Shown here: positions 8,982-21,147 of the stretch, piece after piece | How the letters are laid out: the number at the start of each line of letters is the position of its first letter | How positions within the stretch are numbered: position 1 is the first letter of the stretch | DNA from: an uncultured delta proteobacterium | Lineage (GTDB): Bacteria > Desulfobacterota > Desulfobacteria > Desulfobacterales > JAFDCJ01 | DNA: 64,000 nt | Direction of reading: 5' to 3' | NCBI GenBank assembly: GCA_963769935.1 | Contig: CAVYNY010000010.1 | Location: 544,001 to 608,000 of the forward strand | Translations under genes and position numbers: made by a program | Notes under the pieces: model-generated | Told to the model about the DNA's origin: nothing | Databases searched by the model: none | Seen by the model: only the letters and a program-made list of their open reading frames with translations

Positions 8982-11492
8982 TTACTTCTCCTTCTGCATC
9001 GCCTCCGTTTTGTCGCCTTGCTGGAGGCCGGCCGCCTTCGGCGCAGTTGCATTCCCCAAAACGCGCACCTCGCGCTGGGGGAAGGGAAACGACATCCCCG
9101 CCGCATACACGGCATCGTAAACAGCCGCGGCCAGCTCGCTGCGAATCACCGCCCAGTTGACGGACGTAGCCGTCCAGGCCCGCAGCTCGAAGTTGATGGA
9201 GCTGTCGCCATAACCCATGAAGAGCCCCCGGGGCGGTGGATTTTCTAAAACGGCCGTATGGGCCTGCGCCGTCTTCTCCAGCAGATCGATCACCGCCTGC
9301 GGCGCGGCGCCGTAGTTTACGCCCACCGGCAGGTCGATGCGGCGCAGCTGGTCGCTGAAGGTCCAGTTGGTCACGCTGGCAGTTATGAACTGGGCATTGG
9401 GCACGATAATGTCGGCCCCCTGCAGTGTGCGCACGGTGCTTGCGCGGATGCCGATGCGGCGCACTTCCCCCTGCAAGTCTCCCACCTCGATAATGTCCCC
9501 CATGTGCACCGGCCGTTCGAAAAGCAGGATCAGCCCGCAGACGAAATTATTCACCACGTTCTGCAGCCCGAAGCCGATGCCCACTCCGAAGGCCCCCGCC
9601 ATGACGGTCACCCGGGTCAGGTCCATCCCCAGCACCCCCAGCCCCACCAGGAACCCGATAGCCAGGATAACGTAGTGGATCAGGCGCGAGTAAGCATAGG
9701 ACAATCCGCGCGGCACGCCCCTGCGGGGATACACTTCTTCCCGCAGTACGAACCGGATGAGAGCCGACAGCAGGAAGGCTGCCAGCACCGTGAGCCCGAA
9801 GGCGAGGATGTCCTCGATGGAAATGCTGATAGAACCGCGTGCCAGCCTCACGCCTAATATGGTGCTGCCCGCCGACAGCACGGGGTCCAGCATCCCGATG
9901 TATTCGAGCGAACGGCTAATCCAAAAGAAAACCGCTGTCCACACCAGCAGACGGTAAATCCAACTTTGAATGCGATCGCCATGGTTGCGCACCATCTGCA
10001 GGTGTTGCAAAAGCGTCGATCGCAGCGCAATGACGGCCGCGCCGCCGGCCACCCGGACATAGGCATACAGCGCCAGCGCCGAAACGCCTCCGGCGAGGGT
10101 AGCGGGCGTGATCAGGCGCGCCAATCTCGTAAACCCCAGGGCAGCTGCTAAACAACCGCCTGCGAAGCTGAACATGAGCATTTTGGCAACCAGCGGCAGC
10201 CAGTGCGCGCGCAACCCCGGCGGTTTCTGTTCGGGCTCATACTGCAGACGTCCGGTCTGCAGCAACCATCCCAGCACGATGATTGCCGCCAGACCTTCAA
10301 ATATGAGAAGCGCTTGCTCCACCAGCAGCGCCCCGCCGAAAGTCTGGCGAACAAGGTCGACCGCATACAGGATCGCCGCCGTGAAGACTGCGGGGGTCAT
10401 GCGGTGTTTGATCACCGGGCGCACCAACCTGATCATCGGCGCGAGTGCCAGGACTGCAAGTATGCCTTTCACAAGAGTGGGAGCCGGTGAATTGACCGCC
10501 GTGGATAGAAGCAGGACGATAATCAAAGCGGCGGAATAAGGGCGGTCAAAAACATTCACGACCGGAGACACACCCACGCCGCCGTCCTTCCATTGGCGTT
10601 TTTTGCGCCGCGCCGCGCACGTCGCCATGGTCAGCACCAACAAGAGTGCCGCGTGCAGCGGCATTCCACGCGAGGGGTCCCGCACGTATTCCCGGACGTT
10701 GGTCTGCAAGTCGCGGGCGATGTTCCGCAGGTTGTCAGGCAGAACGGTCCGCATACGGGCCCAAACCTCATGGCTCCAGACAGGCAGACTTTCCCGCACC
10801 AGAATGCCCTGGACGGCCGATTTTCGGGCCTTGAGAATCTGCGCCAGCATATCATCGCAGCGGGCCTGTTTTGCGGCCAGGTCGGCCTGCAGCCCAAGCA
10901 TCGTCTCCTCCCAGGTCTTCAGGGGCGGCTGCGCGACCTTGATGGAATCCAGCGTCGCTTCAATCTGCCGCAGAACCACTCCCGGCACCTGGCCGGCTTT
11001 GGCGGCAGCAAGGGTCTGGGCCCAGGTCGCTCTCATTTGCGACAGGCGGTCCAGGGCTACCTGCAGCGCGACAGCCTGTTGGGTCAGCAGGGTCAGCCAG
11101 GTGCTCACCTTAAGGTGCCTGCGCTGCCACAGCGCCCGCTGTACCTCCAAAATCGACAGCGGGGGCTGTGCCATGAGAGTGGCGGCAGATTCAACAGCAT
11201 CCAGGTCGATCTGCCGGCTGATTGCGGGAAGCGCCTTTTGGATCTTTTCGATCTCAGGGTTGAAGGCTAATTTTTCGGAGAAGCTTATCAGAAGATTGGC
11301 GACCTCCTCGGATCTGGCCGCGACCTCCTCCGGCGCAATGGCGGCTGCGGGCGGCGGCACGGCAGAATGCGGCGATCCGGCGGGTGCCTGTCCGAACGAT
11401 CTCCCGGGGGTTGCCGCCAGCATAAAGACGACCGCCAATCCGATGGCTTGCAGGCTTATCGCTATGCTCCGCGCTTTGTCGCCAATCATCAT
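8982..11492 (-). CDS. Large MscS-family mechanosensitive channel (MscK-like, periplasmic helical domain)
   Basis: GAFGVGIGFGLQNVVNNFVCGLILLFERPVHMGD..GEVRRIGIRAST..IIVPN..NWT; FPFPQREV. Confidence 0.9.
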   Translation of the reverse strand: MMIGDKARSIAISLQAIGLAVVFMLAATPGRSFGQAPAGSPHSAVPPPAAAIAPEEVAARSEEVANLLISFSEKLAFNPEIEKIQKALPAISRQIDLDAVESAATLMAQPPLSILEVQRALWQRRHLKVSTWLTLLTQQAVALQVALDRLSQMRATWAQTLAAAKAGQVPGVVLRQIEATLDSIKVAQPPLKTWEETMLGLQADLAAKQARCDDMLAQILKARKSAVQGILVRESLPVWSHEVWARMRTVLPDNLRNIARDLQTNVREYVRDPSRGMPLHAALLLVLTMATCAARRKKRQWKDGGVGVSPVVNVFDRPYSAALIIVLLLSTAVNSPAPTLVKGILAVLALAPMIRLVRPVIKHRMTPAVFTAAILYAVDLVRQTFGGALLVEQALLIFEGLAAIIVLGWLLQTGRLQYEPEQKPPGLRAHWLPLVAKMLMFSFAGGCLAAALGFTRLARLITPATLAGGVSALALYAYVRVAGGAAVIALRSTLLQHLQMVRNHGDRIQSWIYRLLVWTAVFFWISRSLEYIGMLDPVLSAGSTILGVRLARGSISISIEDILAFGLTVLAAFLLSALIRFVLREEVYPRRGVPRGLSYAYSRLIHYVILAIGFLVGLGVLGMDLTRVTVMAGAFGVGIGFGLQNVVNNFVCGLILLFERPVHMGDIIEVGDLQGEVRRIGIRASTVRTLQGADIIVPNAQFITASVTNWTFSDQLRRIDLPVGVNYGAAPQAVIDLLEKTAQAHTAVLENPPPRGLFMGYGDSSINFELRAWTATSVNWAVIRSELAAAVYDAVYAAGMSFPFPQREVRVLGNATAPKAAGLQQGDKTEAMQKEK

Positions 11493-11688
11493 TGCCTTGC
11501 TCCGTTGTCTTCACCCCTTAGTTGCAACATTGGGGTTCAGCAAAACGCCGTGTACGCAGGCACAATGATTTTTGCTGTTATTTATAGCACCTGAAGGAAA
11601 ACAGCTCAAGCAATTGGTGCAACAGACATTTACTGATATCCCATTCCGGTTCAGCTTTCAACGGGAGCCTCGCCCTATGCGCACGACC

Positions 11689-12393
11689 TTATTGCTTCAT
11701 GCCGTGGGCCTGGTCCAGGAACAGTTTGATTCGCTCTCCCCAGAACTTGAAGGCGTCTTCGGTGGATCCCCACTTGCTGAACCGCTCCGTGAATCCCGCG
11801 CTCTTCTCATCCTGAGCTACTGCGATCACATCGTTGGTCATAGAGTCCAGGGCCATCAACTCTGCGGTTGTCGCGCCCGAACCGCTCCAGGAGCCCGAGG
11901 CGCCTTTCTTTACGAGGCTGATGCCCAATCCGATGGGGACCACCGAGGTAATGGCGCTCAAGACCGGCCGGCTCTGTTTAAGATCCGTAATCGCAAAGCG
12001 CAGCCGCAAAACGTCGGGACCCGGTTCCGCCACTATCGGGTAGGAATCTTTAAGGACGTCGACAATCTGCTTGTCGCAAGCATCTGCCAGCTCCTTCATG
12101 TCATTGGCATCGATGCCTTTGTTTTCCGAATCATCGGCAAAATAAAAAATTACGCTGTCCAGCATGATCTTGCTGTATTTGCCGAAATCAACCCCCGGTT
12201 TCAACCAGCGCATCTTGGCGCCGCCTTCCGGTCCGGGCTGCAAATCTTTATAATAGCCGTCCAGGAAGCCCTCTGTCTGCGCAGCTGTTTCGGCATTTTT
12301 CGTTTGAGTGCCCGTCGATGCGCATGATATAACAAGGCTCACCATGGCAATTCCCATAACCGCTATCATAAGGTTTCTAACTGATGTTTTCAT
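11689..12393 (-). CDS. DUF3313-family lipoprotein
   Basis: Lipobox ISC, GFLDGYYKDL, PGPDVLRLRFAITD, ELMALDSMT. Confidence 0.75.
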   Translation of the reverse strand: MKTSVRNLMIAVMGIAMVSLVISCASTGTQTKNAETAAQTEGFLDGYYKDLQPGPEGGAKMRWLKPGVDFGKYSKIMLDSVIFYFADDSENKGIDANDMKELADACDKQIVDVLKDSYPIVAEPGPDVLRLRFAITDLKQSRPVLSAITSVVPIGLGISLVKKGASGSWSGSGATTAELMALDSMTNDVIAVAQDEKSAGFTERFSKWGSTEDAFKFWGERIKLFLDQAHGMKQ

Positions 12394-12486
12394 AGGTATC
12401 TCCTTAAATAATCTTCAATTGATCGCTCTTTAAATTTGAAAGGTTCAATTCTGGTCATATGAAGGCAGAAAATTCCATTTACCCGT

Positions 12487-13197
12487 TCAACTTATCCAGC
12501 CCTGTTCCTGGAATCGTTTTTTGAGCACATCGGCAATTTCCTTCGCGGTCTGCTTGGCCCGGCCCTCAATCGTGCTTTTGCCGCTCTCTTGGCCATAGAT
12601 TTTCATTCCGCTGCTGATGATGAGCCCCGCCGGGTTGTGAGTGGCAATTAAACCGAGAACCCCCAGGTCCGCCCCCGGCGTTTCGCCGCTGGTTGAACTC
12701 GTTGTGCCGGATCCAAGTTTGCGCAATCCCTGGGCCGTCATCTGAAATCCTTCGACCGCTACTTTAAGGTCGGACGCGCCGGAACCGAATCCGATCATGA
12801 TGCGCTTAGCGGCGCTGCCCGCGTTGTATGAAATGAGATAACCCCGGATGACAATGTCGTTGATCTGCGGCGTCGTTCCTGCCATCGCCCGTGCTGCGGG
12901 CATTCCCATGGCGCGGATCTGCTCCACCAACTGCGCCGCAATTTCAACGCCCAGCTTCCGCCCGGTGGCGATCTCTTCGTCGGTTTGGGGTGTGCTGTGC
13001 TCGGAATACTGCCCCGCGAACGCGGATTCGTCCGGGACATCTTCGGGAGTAGCGGCGAAGTCGTACACCCAGATGGTATTGGGCCGCGGGAGTGGTCCGT
13101 ACACCAGTTCGCTGCGGTTGGAGACCTTAGTCGAGGCGCACCCGGCAGTCATCAGCAGGGCGACCAGACATATTACGATATGGTTGCGAAAATTCAT
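12487..13197 (-). CDS. DUF4410-family lipoprotein
   Basis: Lipobox TAGC, RPNTIWVYDF, GSAAKRIMIGFGSG; paralogous to 21148-21903. Confidence 0.75.
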   Translation of the reverse strand: MNFRNHIVICLVALLMTAGCASTKVSNRSELVYGPLPRPNTIWVYDFAATPEDVPDESAFAGQYSEHSTPQTDEEIATGRKLGVEIAAQLVEQIRAMGMPAARAMAGTTPQINDIVIRGYLISYNAGSAAKRIMIGFGSGASDLKVAVEGFQMTAQGLRKLGSGTTSSTSGETPGADLGVLGLIATHNPAGLIISSGMKIYGQESGKSTIEGRAKQTAKEIADVLKKRFQEQGWIS

Positions 13198-13292
13198 TCG
13201 ACACCTCCTTTTGCATTTATGTGGTGAATATTATCTCTGTCGGCCGACGTATAGGCCCGCCGATCAGCGGCGAAAAAACGGGGCTTATTCCA

Positions 13293-14150
13293 TCACAGAC
13301 CTTGAAGAATCTGGGCCTTCTTGGCATCGTAGTCGTTTTGCGTGATCAGGCCCTGATCGAAGAGCGCTTTCAGGTCTCTCAGCTCGCGTTCCACGGTCTG
13401 AAGGGAGGTCGACGCCGCGGTCGAGGGCTGCTTGTGCTGCACAATCTGCGGCAAAGGCGGCGGCATGGTCCGATCGTAGTTGAAATTTTGCACCTGGACG
13501 CTCATGTTCTTGACAGGAACAAGCACTTCGGCATAGTCGACGTGGGTCAGCCCCCTGCGCAGGGTCTTGAACGTGGCCGTGAGATTCACCGCATCGCCCT
13601 GAAAGAAGGTGTCGACCTGTATCTTGCGCGTCTGCCGGGTGGACGCATCCGTCCACACGGAGAGACTGTCTCCCGGGACAACCACGCTTGAGCCGTTCAT
13701 CAGGATCATTCTACCATCGTCCGCCAGGGTTGTGCTCGCCTTGTCCATGAAGTCGAGAACTTTGCCGGCCGTGGGCAGGGTGTATTGATCGAGAAGACTA
13801 CGCAGCCCTTTGAGATACGTTTCCATCTCCTTCCGCTTTTTTTCGGCAATGGCCCGGCGGATGAAACCAAAAGGCAGGGAGGCTCCCTGCTCGTTTTGCA
13901 CAATGCGCTGCAGCCGGCCGTCCGGACCGTATTGGACCAGCTCCAAACGCATGTCTTTTACTTGACCGTCCACGATCAATTCGGTGCGGGAGTGCCAGGA
14001 ATATTGATGCATCAGCTTGGCGTTGGCTTTGCGGGCTTCGGTTATTTTGACGGCCGTCTCGGCCCTGGCGGCCAGCTGATCCTGCGCCAGGATAAAATGC
14101 GGCGTGGCAAGAACGATCAGGCCTGCCGCCAGAATGCTTAGAATATTCAT
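13293..14150 (-). CDS. Secreted hypothetical protein with C-terminal SHOCT domain
   Basis: Signal peptide; C-terminal ELRDLKALFDQGLITQNDYDAKKAQIL. Confidence 0.65.
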   Translation of the reverse strand: MNILSILAAGLIVLATPHFILAQDQLAARAETAVKITEARKANAKLMHQYSWHSRTELIVDGQVKDMRLELVQYGPDGRLQRIVQNEQGASLPFGFIRRAIAEKKRKEMETYLKGLRSLLDQYTLPTAGKVLDFMDKASTTLADDGRMILMNGSSVVVPGDSLSVWTDASTRQTRKIQVDTFFQGDAVNLTATFKTLRRGLTHVDYAEVLVPVKNMSVQVQNFNYDRTMPPPLPQIVQHKQPSTAASTSLQTVERELRDLKALFDQGLITQNDYDAKKAQILQGL

Positions 14151-14255
14151 AACGGATTTCCTTTCTGCTTCTGTGGTGAGATACAATAAAAATTAGAACG
14201 AACCAACAATCCTTAATACGCCTGACCGAAAGGTTCAAGGGCCACGGCCCTGCTG

Positions 14256-14654
14256 TTAATTTTTCTGGGCCTGCCAGGTGCCGTGGTCGAAGGGTGGTAT
14301 GGTGAATTTATACGTTCCGTTCAACGATACGCCGTCAGCGGATAATTTTCCCGAAATGGTCCCCTGAAGGGGAAGGAGGATTTGCCCCTGCAATTCGTCT
14401 GCCTTCATTTCACCCCTGAAATTCAGGTATGAGCCCTCCTCATCGAAATTGCCGAAAAACGATTTGCCGCCGTCGGGCGACCGATACAATTTGACCTCGA
14501 CAGAACCTTCATTAGCGGTTCCATTAAAGGTGCCTTCGTACACCGCGACCAATACGGAGCCCTGGGGCACGCCTGTTATCGTCGCGGAGGCACAGCCAAA
14601 CGCCGCGCAGGCGGTACTTACTACAATCATCAACAGCCAAAGGTATTTTTTCAT
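14256..14654 (-). CDS. Hypothetical lipoprotein
   Basis: Signal peptide ending AFGC; beta-rich, Gly-rich body. Confidence 0.55.
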   Translation of the reverse strand: MKKYLWLLMIVVSTACAAFGCASATITGVPQGSVLVAVYEGTFNGTANEGSVEVKLYRSPDGGKSFFGNFDEEGSYLNFRGEMKADELQGQILLPLQGTISGKLSADGVSLNGTYKFTIPPFDHGTWQAQKN

Positions 14655-14814
14655 GATATTCGGTCCCTTTATCCGCAGCTACTGTCTGCCGCCGGCTTTC
14701 GCCCCGGCTTCCATGAGTTGCGGTGGCGAAGTCGCGGACCGCCCCGGACAATGCCGGAGCGGCCCGCGCGGTTGGCAACCCAAACGGTGTCAGTGTTCGC
14801 GCGCCTGTGCAGGC

Positions 14815-17366
14815 CTACTGCGGCCCGGCCTGGATGTGACGCAGCGGCGTGCCATCGAGCGCTTCGGCCTCTGCCTTCTCGAGCGTCTTGATGTCCTCGG
14901 GCGTCAGCTTGGGACGATCGACCCTGATCGTCAGCTTGTCGAGTTTGGCCGTCAGCGGGAACGGCGGTGTGTAGTCCTCGTCATTCACGCCGGTAAGCGT
15001 GTCGGAGCCGATGTCGAAGCTCTCGTCCCATTGCAGGATCATGGGCAGCGTACGCTTCACCTCGATGGTCTGCGCTGCCTGGCCGTCCACCTTGAGCGTG
15101 CCGGTACCGGAACGGCCGAGGCCGCTCAAGTTGTTGAAGGCAAGCGTGCCCACACCTAGGCCGTCATACTTGAAGTCAAACTCCAGCGTGTGCTTGCCGG
15201 GCGTGAGGGCCTCCGGGCCTTCCCACTTGATGCGCTTGAGGTCGACCAGGTTCCACAGGAACACCGGCTTGCCCTTGAGCAGGTAGAAGCCATAGCCGGC
15301 GAAGCGCCCGCCCGAGGTCAGGATCATGCCCTCGGCGCCGCCTTCGGGGACCGTGATGTCCGCCGTGATGGTGTACGAGGCTATCCAGCAGGAAGGGCGA
15401 GTCGCCCTGCGGGAGTCCCACCATCGGCCGGGTATAGACGAACTCCGTGCGGCCGGCGGTGATGTTCGGGCGCGGCGCTACGATGCGGGCCGCCACCGAG
15501 GCATCCAGCGGGAAGACCTGGTACTTCTTCGCTTCCGCGACGAACTTTTCGCGCAGCTCCGCCACTTTCTCCGGATGCTGCGCGGCGATGTCGTTGGCCT
15601 GGCTGAAGTCCTTGGTCAGGTCGTAGAGCTGGAACACCTGGTTGTTCAGGGGGTCGGGGTTCGCCATACCGAAGGCCTGCCAGGGCGCGCGGTTGACCTT
15701 GGTGCTCAGCAGCCAGCCGTCGTCATAGAGCGCCCACTGGCCCATCATCTCGAAGTACTGGGTCTTGTGGCGCGACGGCACCTTGGCGTTGGCGGCGTCG
15801 AAGGTGTAGAGGAAGCTGGTGCCCTCGATGGGCGCCTGTTTGATGCCGTCGACCTCCTCAGGCGCGGGGATGCCGGCGGCCTCGAGGATAGTCGGCACGA
15901 CGTCGATCACGTGGATGAACTGCTCACGCAAAGCTCCCTTGTCCTTGATACGCGCCGGCCAGGACACCACCATGTTCTGGTTGATGCCGCCGAGCCTGGA
16001 CGCATTCTGCTTGAACCAGTCGAACGGCGTGTCGAAGGCCCACGACCATCCCGCCGACATGTGGTTGTAAGTCTGCTCCGTGCCCCAGACGTCATACCAC
16101 TTCATCTGCACGTCGACAGGCAACTCGCTCAGGCCATTGAAGAACGCCACTTCATTGGGCGTGCCCAGCGGCCCGCCCTCGGCGCTGGTGCCGTTGTCGC
16201 CGTTGATGTAGATGATCAGCGTGTTGTCGAGCCTGCCCAGGTCCTCGAAAGCCTGGATCACGCGGCCGATCTCGTGGTCGTTGTAGGCGGCATAGGCGGC
16301 GAAGACCTCCACCTGGCGGATGAAGAGCTTCTTCGCCTCGGCGCTGAGCTGGTCCCACGGCTTCAGGAGGTCTATCGGGCCAGGGCGTCAGCTTCGAATC
16401 CTTGTCGATCACGCCGAGGCGCATCTGGTTCTCGAAGATGCGCTCGCGCAGCTTGTTGTAGCCATCGTCGAAGAGATGCATCGCGTGGATCTTGTCCACC
16501 CACTCCTTGGTCGGGTGATGCGGCGCGTGCGTGGCGCCGGGCGCGTACTTGATGAAGATCGGCTTGCTGGGGTCCGTCTGGTGGATGCGCGTAATGTAGT
16601 CGATCGCGTCGTCCGCCATGCCGGTGATAAGGTTCCAGCCCGGCTTGCCCTCGAACGGATAGATCTGGGTGGTGTTGCGGAACAGGTTCGGCTGCCACTG
16701 GTTGGAGTCGCCGCCGACAAAGCCGTAGAAATACTCGAAGCCCATCCCGGTCGGCCATTGGTCAAACGGCCCGACCTGGCTGGCGGCAAACGCCGGCGTG
16801 TTGTGGTCCTTGCCGAACCACGCCGTGGAATAGCCGTTGTCGAGCAGAATCCGCCCGATGGTGGCCTTGTCCTTGGCGATGATGCTGTTGTAGCCCGGGA
16901 AGCCCGTGGACTGCTCGGAGATCACGCCGAAGCCGGCCGAGTGGTGGTTGCGCCCGGTGATGAGCGCCGCCCGCGTCGGCGAGCACAGCGCGGTGGAGAA
17001 CACGCGGTTGTAGCGCAGACCCTCGTTCGCGATGCGGTCCATGGTCGGCGTCGGAATCACCCCGCCGAAGGTGCTCGGCACCCCGAAGCCGGCATCGTCG
17101 GTGATGATCAGCAGTACGTTGGGCGCCTCCTTGGGCGGCACCATGCGCGGCGCCCACCAGGGCTTCGATTCCAGGGCATCGTCCTTGATCACGCCGCCGA
17201 ATTTCGGGTCGGGCGGCGGGAGTTGCTTGCCGCTGATGGTGGTGGTGGCGCTGGGCGAACCCAACTCACCGGTAATTTCCTGCGCCATGGCCGGCAAGGC
17301 GGCCAATAAAACCGCGATCAGAATAACGGCGAGCGCCATTGTTTTTGATCGGCTACGATTTTTCAT
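14815..17366 (-). CDS. Secreted Cys-type arylsulfatase A (frameshifts near 16375 and 15385)
   Basis: PNVLLIITDD, LCSPTRAALITGR, FGKDH, HAPH, GDNG, QLYDL and a LamG-like C-terminus, spread over three consecutive ORFs. Confidence 0.9.
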
Positions 17367-17515
17367 GTCATGCTCCTTTCGGTTTACTTTTCCGGTTACG
17401 GGGACCTCAGGCTATTCGAAAGCGAAAGTGCCTGAAATCCCAAGTTATTTGAAATGGTCGATCCAAGTTCTCGACCTGCTCGAGGGATCTGCGCATCATC
17501 GTCCCAAACGCCTTC

Positions 17516-17899
17516 TCAATCATTGTGCGCTTTCGCTCCCTTAACTTGCCTGTCTTTGAACCATGCGGTGGCAAGAAGAACGGTCAATACAGCGTGGAAT
17601 GCCGCCGCCGGCCACAATAGGCTCCCGACCCACTCACCGCCGAGTCCAAGGTAAACAAGATACAGCATGACCAGCACGCTGTAAATCAGCATGCCGGAAA
17701 GCCCCCGGGCAGCTCCTCCGCCTGAGAAGCAGGCCACGCCCAGCGCAACCAGAGCGATGCCGGCCACGCGAGCGACCGCAACCGTGACGCCGGAAAATAC
17801 CGTTCCTAACAATAGCCGCCCCACAATTGAAGGCGCTGCCATCAGCGCTGCTCCCGTTAAGGCTTCGGCAACGGCTGCCAAGGATAACAGTCGGTTCAT
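17516..17899 (-). CDS. Small multi-pass membrane protein
   Basis: MNRLLSLAAVAEALTG... about 4 hydrophobic segments, LWPAAAFH. Confidence 0.6.
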   Translation of the reverse strand: MNRLLSLAAVAEALTGAALMAAPSIVGRLLLGTVFSGVTVAVARVAGIALVALGVACFSGGGAARGLSGMLIYSVLVMLYLVYLGLGGEWVGSLLWPAAAFHAVLTVLLATAWFKDRQVKGAKAHND

Positions 17900-18023
17900 C
17901 TTAATTTGTCCTCGCGGCGAGCGGAGATTCCGGCGCGCTCGCCGGGCTAAAAAAAGTCCTCTACTCTCTCGCCAACGCAACCCGTTTGGCAATGGCCGAG
18001 AGCTGCCTGCGATCTGTTTCCGC

Positions 18024-20496
18024 TTACTGCATCGTCCCAAGCTTGAAGGTCAGCTTGTCGATCGTGCCGGTGAACTTGAACGGCACATCGTAGCGATACT
18101 CGAGAGCGCCAGCGGGGTGCGGGTATCCTCGCCGATGTCGAAGGTTTCGTCCTCCGGGAACGTGATCGGGGTGGAGTGTTCCATGGAATTTTTGGCCACT
18201 TCCTGGCCGTCCACAGAGAGCACGCCCGTCCCTCCCTTGCCCAGGCCCGGTTCAGCAGGCTTGTAGTCGAAGACGATGGTGTGCTTGCCGGCGCCCAACT
18301 CAGGCCCTTCCCACGCCGTGCGCTTGAGGTCGAGCAGGTTGTAGAGGAACACGACCTTGCCCCGGCCGAATCCAAACTCGCCCTTGCTCAGGAACAGGCC
18401 ATAGCCGCCGAAGCGCCCGCCCTGGGTGACGATCATGCCTTCCGCGCCGCCTGCGGGGATCGTCGACCTCGGCGGTGATGGTGTAGGCCTTGTTCAGGAT
18501 GTCCGGTGCAGTGCTGCCCGGCACACCGGTCAGTCCTCCCGAATAGGTGAACTCCGTTCGTCCCGCCGTGAGGCTCGGCTTCGGCGAGTTCCAGCGCGCG
18601 AGCGTCGTGTTGTCGAGCGGCAGCACGTTATACTTCGCCGCCTCGAGGTAGAAGAGGTTCTGCATCTGCTTGAGCTTGTCCGGCATCTTGGCGGCCAGAT
18701 CGTTGTTCTCGGTGGGATCCTCCATGACGTTGTAGAGCTCCCACTTGTACCCGCTGATCACATCGGGCGGCGGCTTGGTGCTCAGCTCCCACGGGAGCGT
18801 CACCGGCGTCGTGGCCGCCACCCACCCGTCGTGATAGATGGCGCGGTTGCCGAGCATCTCGAAATATTGCGTCGTGTGCCGGGTCGGGGCGTTGGCATTG
18901 GCCTTGTCCCAGGTGTACACCATGCTCATGCCTTCGATGGGACGCTGCTTGATGCCGTTGATGGTGTCGGGGGCCGGGATGCCGGTCGCTTCGAGGATGG
19001 TCGGCACGATGTCGATGACGTGGTGGAACTGGCGGCGGATGCCGCCAGGGTCCTTGATGTGGCCGGGCCAGGACATGGCCATGCCCTGGGCCGTCCCGCC
19101 GAAATGCGACGGCACCTGCTTCATCCACTTAAAGGGCGTGTCGAACGCCCACGCCCAGGGCGCCGCAAAGTGCGGGTAGGTCCGAGCGGACCCCCAGAAC
19201 TCGTACCAGAGAAACTGGTCCTTGACCGGCACTTCGACGCCATTGAAGGTGGTGAACTCGTTCGGCGTGCCGTTGAGCATGCCTTCCGCGCTCGCGCCGT
19301 TGTCGCCGCTGATGTAGATGATCAACGTATTGTTGAACTCGCCGAGGTCTTCGACGGCCTGGATGACGCGGCCGATCTCATGATCGGTGTAGGCCTGGTA
19401 CGCCCCATAGACTTCCGCCTGCTTGATGAAGAGCTTCTTTTGCTCCCAGTCGAGCGAGTCCCACCGGGGCAGCTTCGCGCCGCCGTAAATATCCTGTCCG
19501 TCCGGCCACGGGGTCAGTTGCGCGTTCTCGGGCATGATGCCGAGCCGCTTCTGGTTGGCGAAGATGGTCTCCCGCAATTTTTCCCAGCCGTCGTCGAAGA
19601 GATGCATGGCGCTGATCTTGTCGATCCATTCCTTCGTCGGATGATGCGGGGCGTGCGTGCCGCCCGGCACGTAATAGACAAAGAACGGTTTGTCGGGCGC
19701 GAGCTCCTTGAGCTGCTTCATGTACTGGATCGCCTCGTCGGCCATGGCCGTGGTCAGGTTCCAGCCGGGGTTGCCCTGGAAGGGGTAGATGGCCGTGGTA
19801 TTGCGGAACAGGTTCGGCTCCCACTGGCTGGCGTCGCCGCCGACGAAGCCGTAGAAATAATCGAAGCCCATGCCGGTCGGCCATTGATTGAACGGCCCGG
19901 CCTGGCTGTTCTCGAAGAACGGCGTGTTGTGATCCTTGCCGAACCACGAGGTCCCGTAGCCGTTGTCCTTCAGGATCGTGCCAATGGTGCCCTTCTCGAT
20001 CGGGATGATCGAGTCGTAGCCCGGGAACCCCGTCGCGATTTCGCCCACCACCCCGAAGCCCGCCGAGTGATGGTTGCGCCCGGTGATGATCGCCGCCCGC
20101 GTGGGCGAGCAGAGCGACGTGGAGTGGAAGTTTGTATAGCGCAGCCCGCTTTGCGCGATGCGATCCAGGGCCGGGGTCGGGATGACGCCGCCGAAGGTGC
20201 CCGGCGCGCCGAAGCCGTCGTCGTCGGTCATGATGAGCAGCACGTTGGGCGCGCCCTTGGGCGGCACGACGCGCGGCGGCCACCAGGCTTTCGACTCCGA
20301 GGCCTTGTCTTTGATCACCCCGCCGAATTTCGGATCGGGCGGCAGGAAGTTGTTTGCCGTTGATGGTGGTGGTGGCGCTGGGCGAACCCAACTCACCGGT
20401 AACTTGCTGCGCCATGGCCGGCAAGGCGGTCATATACACAATAGCAATCAGCATAACGGCGATTGCCGCCGCTAATGATCGATTTTCTTTTTTCAT
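18024..20496 (-). CDS. Secreted Cys-type arylsulfatase B (frameshifts near 20345, 18465 and 18100)
   Basis: PNVLLIMTDD, LCSPTRAAIITGR, SGDNG, WELYN; rebuilt end YDVPFKFTGTIDKLTFKLGTMQ*. Confidence 0.9.
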
Positions 20497-20584
20497 ATAA
20501 TGCTCCTTTATAAGTTTCAATTCGAAACTTATACCCGGTGAACCGCGGCCATAACAATTTGGCCGGCGGTGCACTTTCGATCAC

Positions 20585-20990
20585 TTACTCCAGCCCTTCC
20601 AGGCTCCGCTGAACCATCTGCATGTACTGCTCTTGCTGCTGCGGGGTTAGCACATGGAAAATCTGGTTGCGCAGCTCCAGCCGGTTCACCATGCGCTTGG
20701 CTGCGATTGCGGAAATCTGCCGGGACACCTCCTGCGCTTTGGACGAATTGAAAGGGGCGCCGGTGACGACCTCGCGGATGGCCCCCCGGTGCTGCAGGGC
20801 CTCATTCACCGCCGTCGGCAGGTTGCTTTGTTTTTGGGCAAACTGATTGAAGAACCAGCGAACCTGATCAATCTGGTTCTGGCTGAGGTTCAGTTCGAAG
20901 ATCAGGGCGCCGATGTGAATCCTGCGCCATCGCGCCCGCCGGGGCAAGGATGAAAATGCCGATCAATGCCAATTTAAGGTAGCGCTTCAT
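20585..20990 (-). CDS. Spy/CpxP-family periplasmic chaperone (frameshift near 20930)
   Basis: Signal MKRYLKLALIGIF; LNLSQNQ and VLTPQQQ (LTxxQ) motifs. Confidence 0.7.
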
Positions 20991-21147
20991 GTTCACACCT
21001 CCTGTTGCTATATCTGGTCGTAAAATTTACTGGAATGATTTCCTGTTGCTCCGTTGAATCCCTGGTGAAAACCAGTGAAACCGGCAAATTACCGGGATAA
21101 ACCGGCCCTGGTAAGCTCAATGCTCGATATTCGCTCATTAAATAGTT

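Noticed and set aside
15326..20363. Long plus-strand ORFs (408, 329 and 645 aa)
   Set aside because: Antisense shadows of the GC-rich sulfatase genes with no recognisable motifs.
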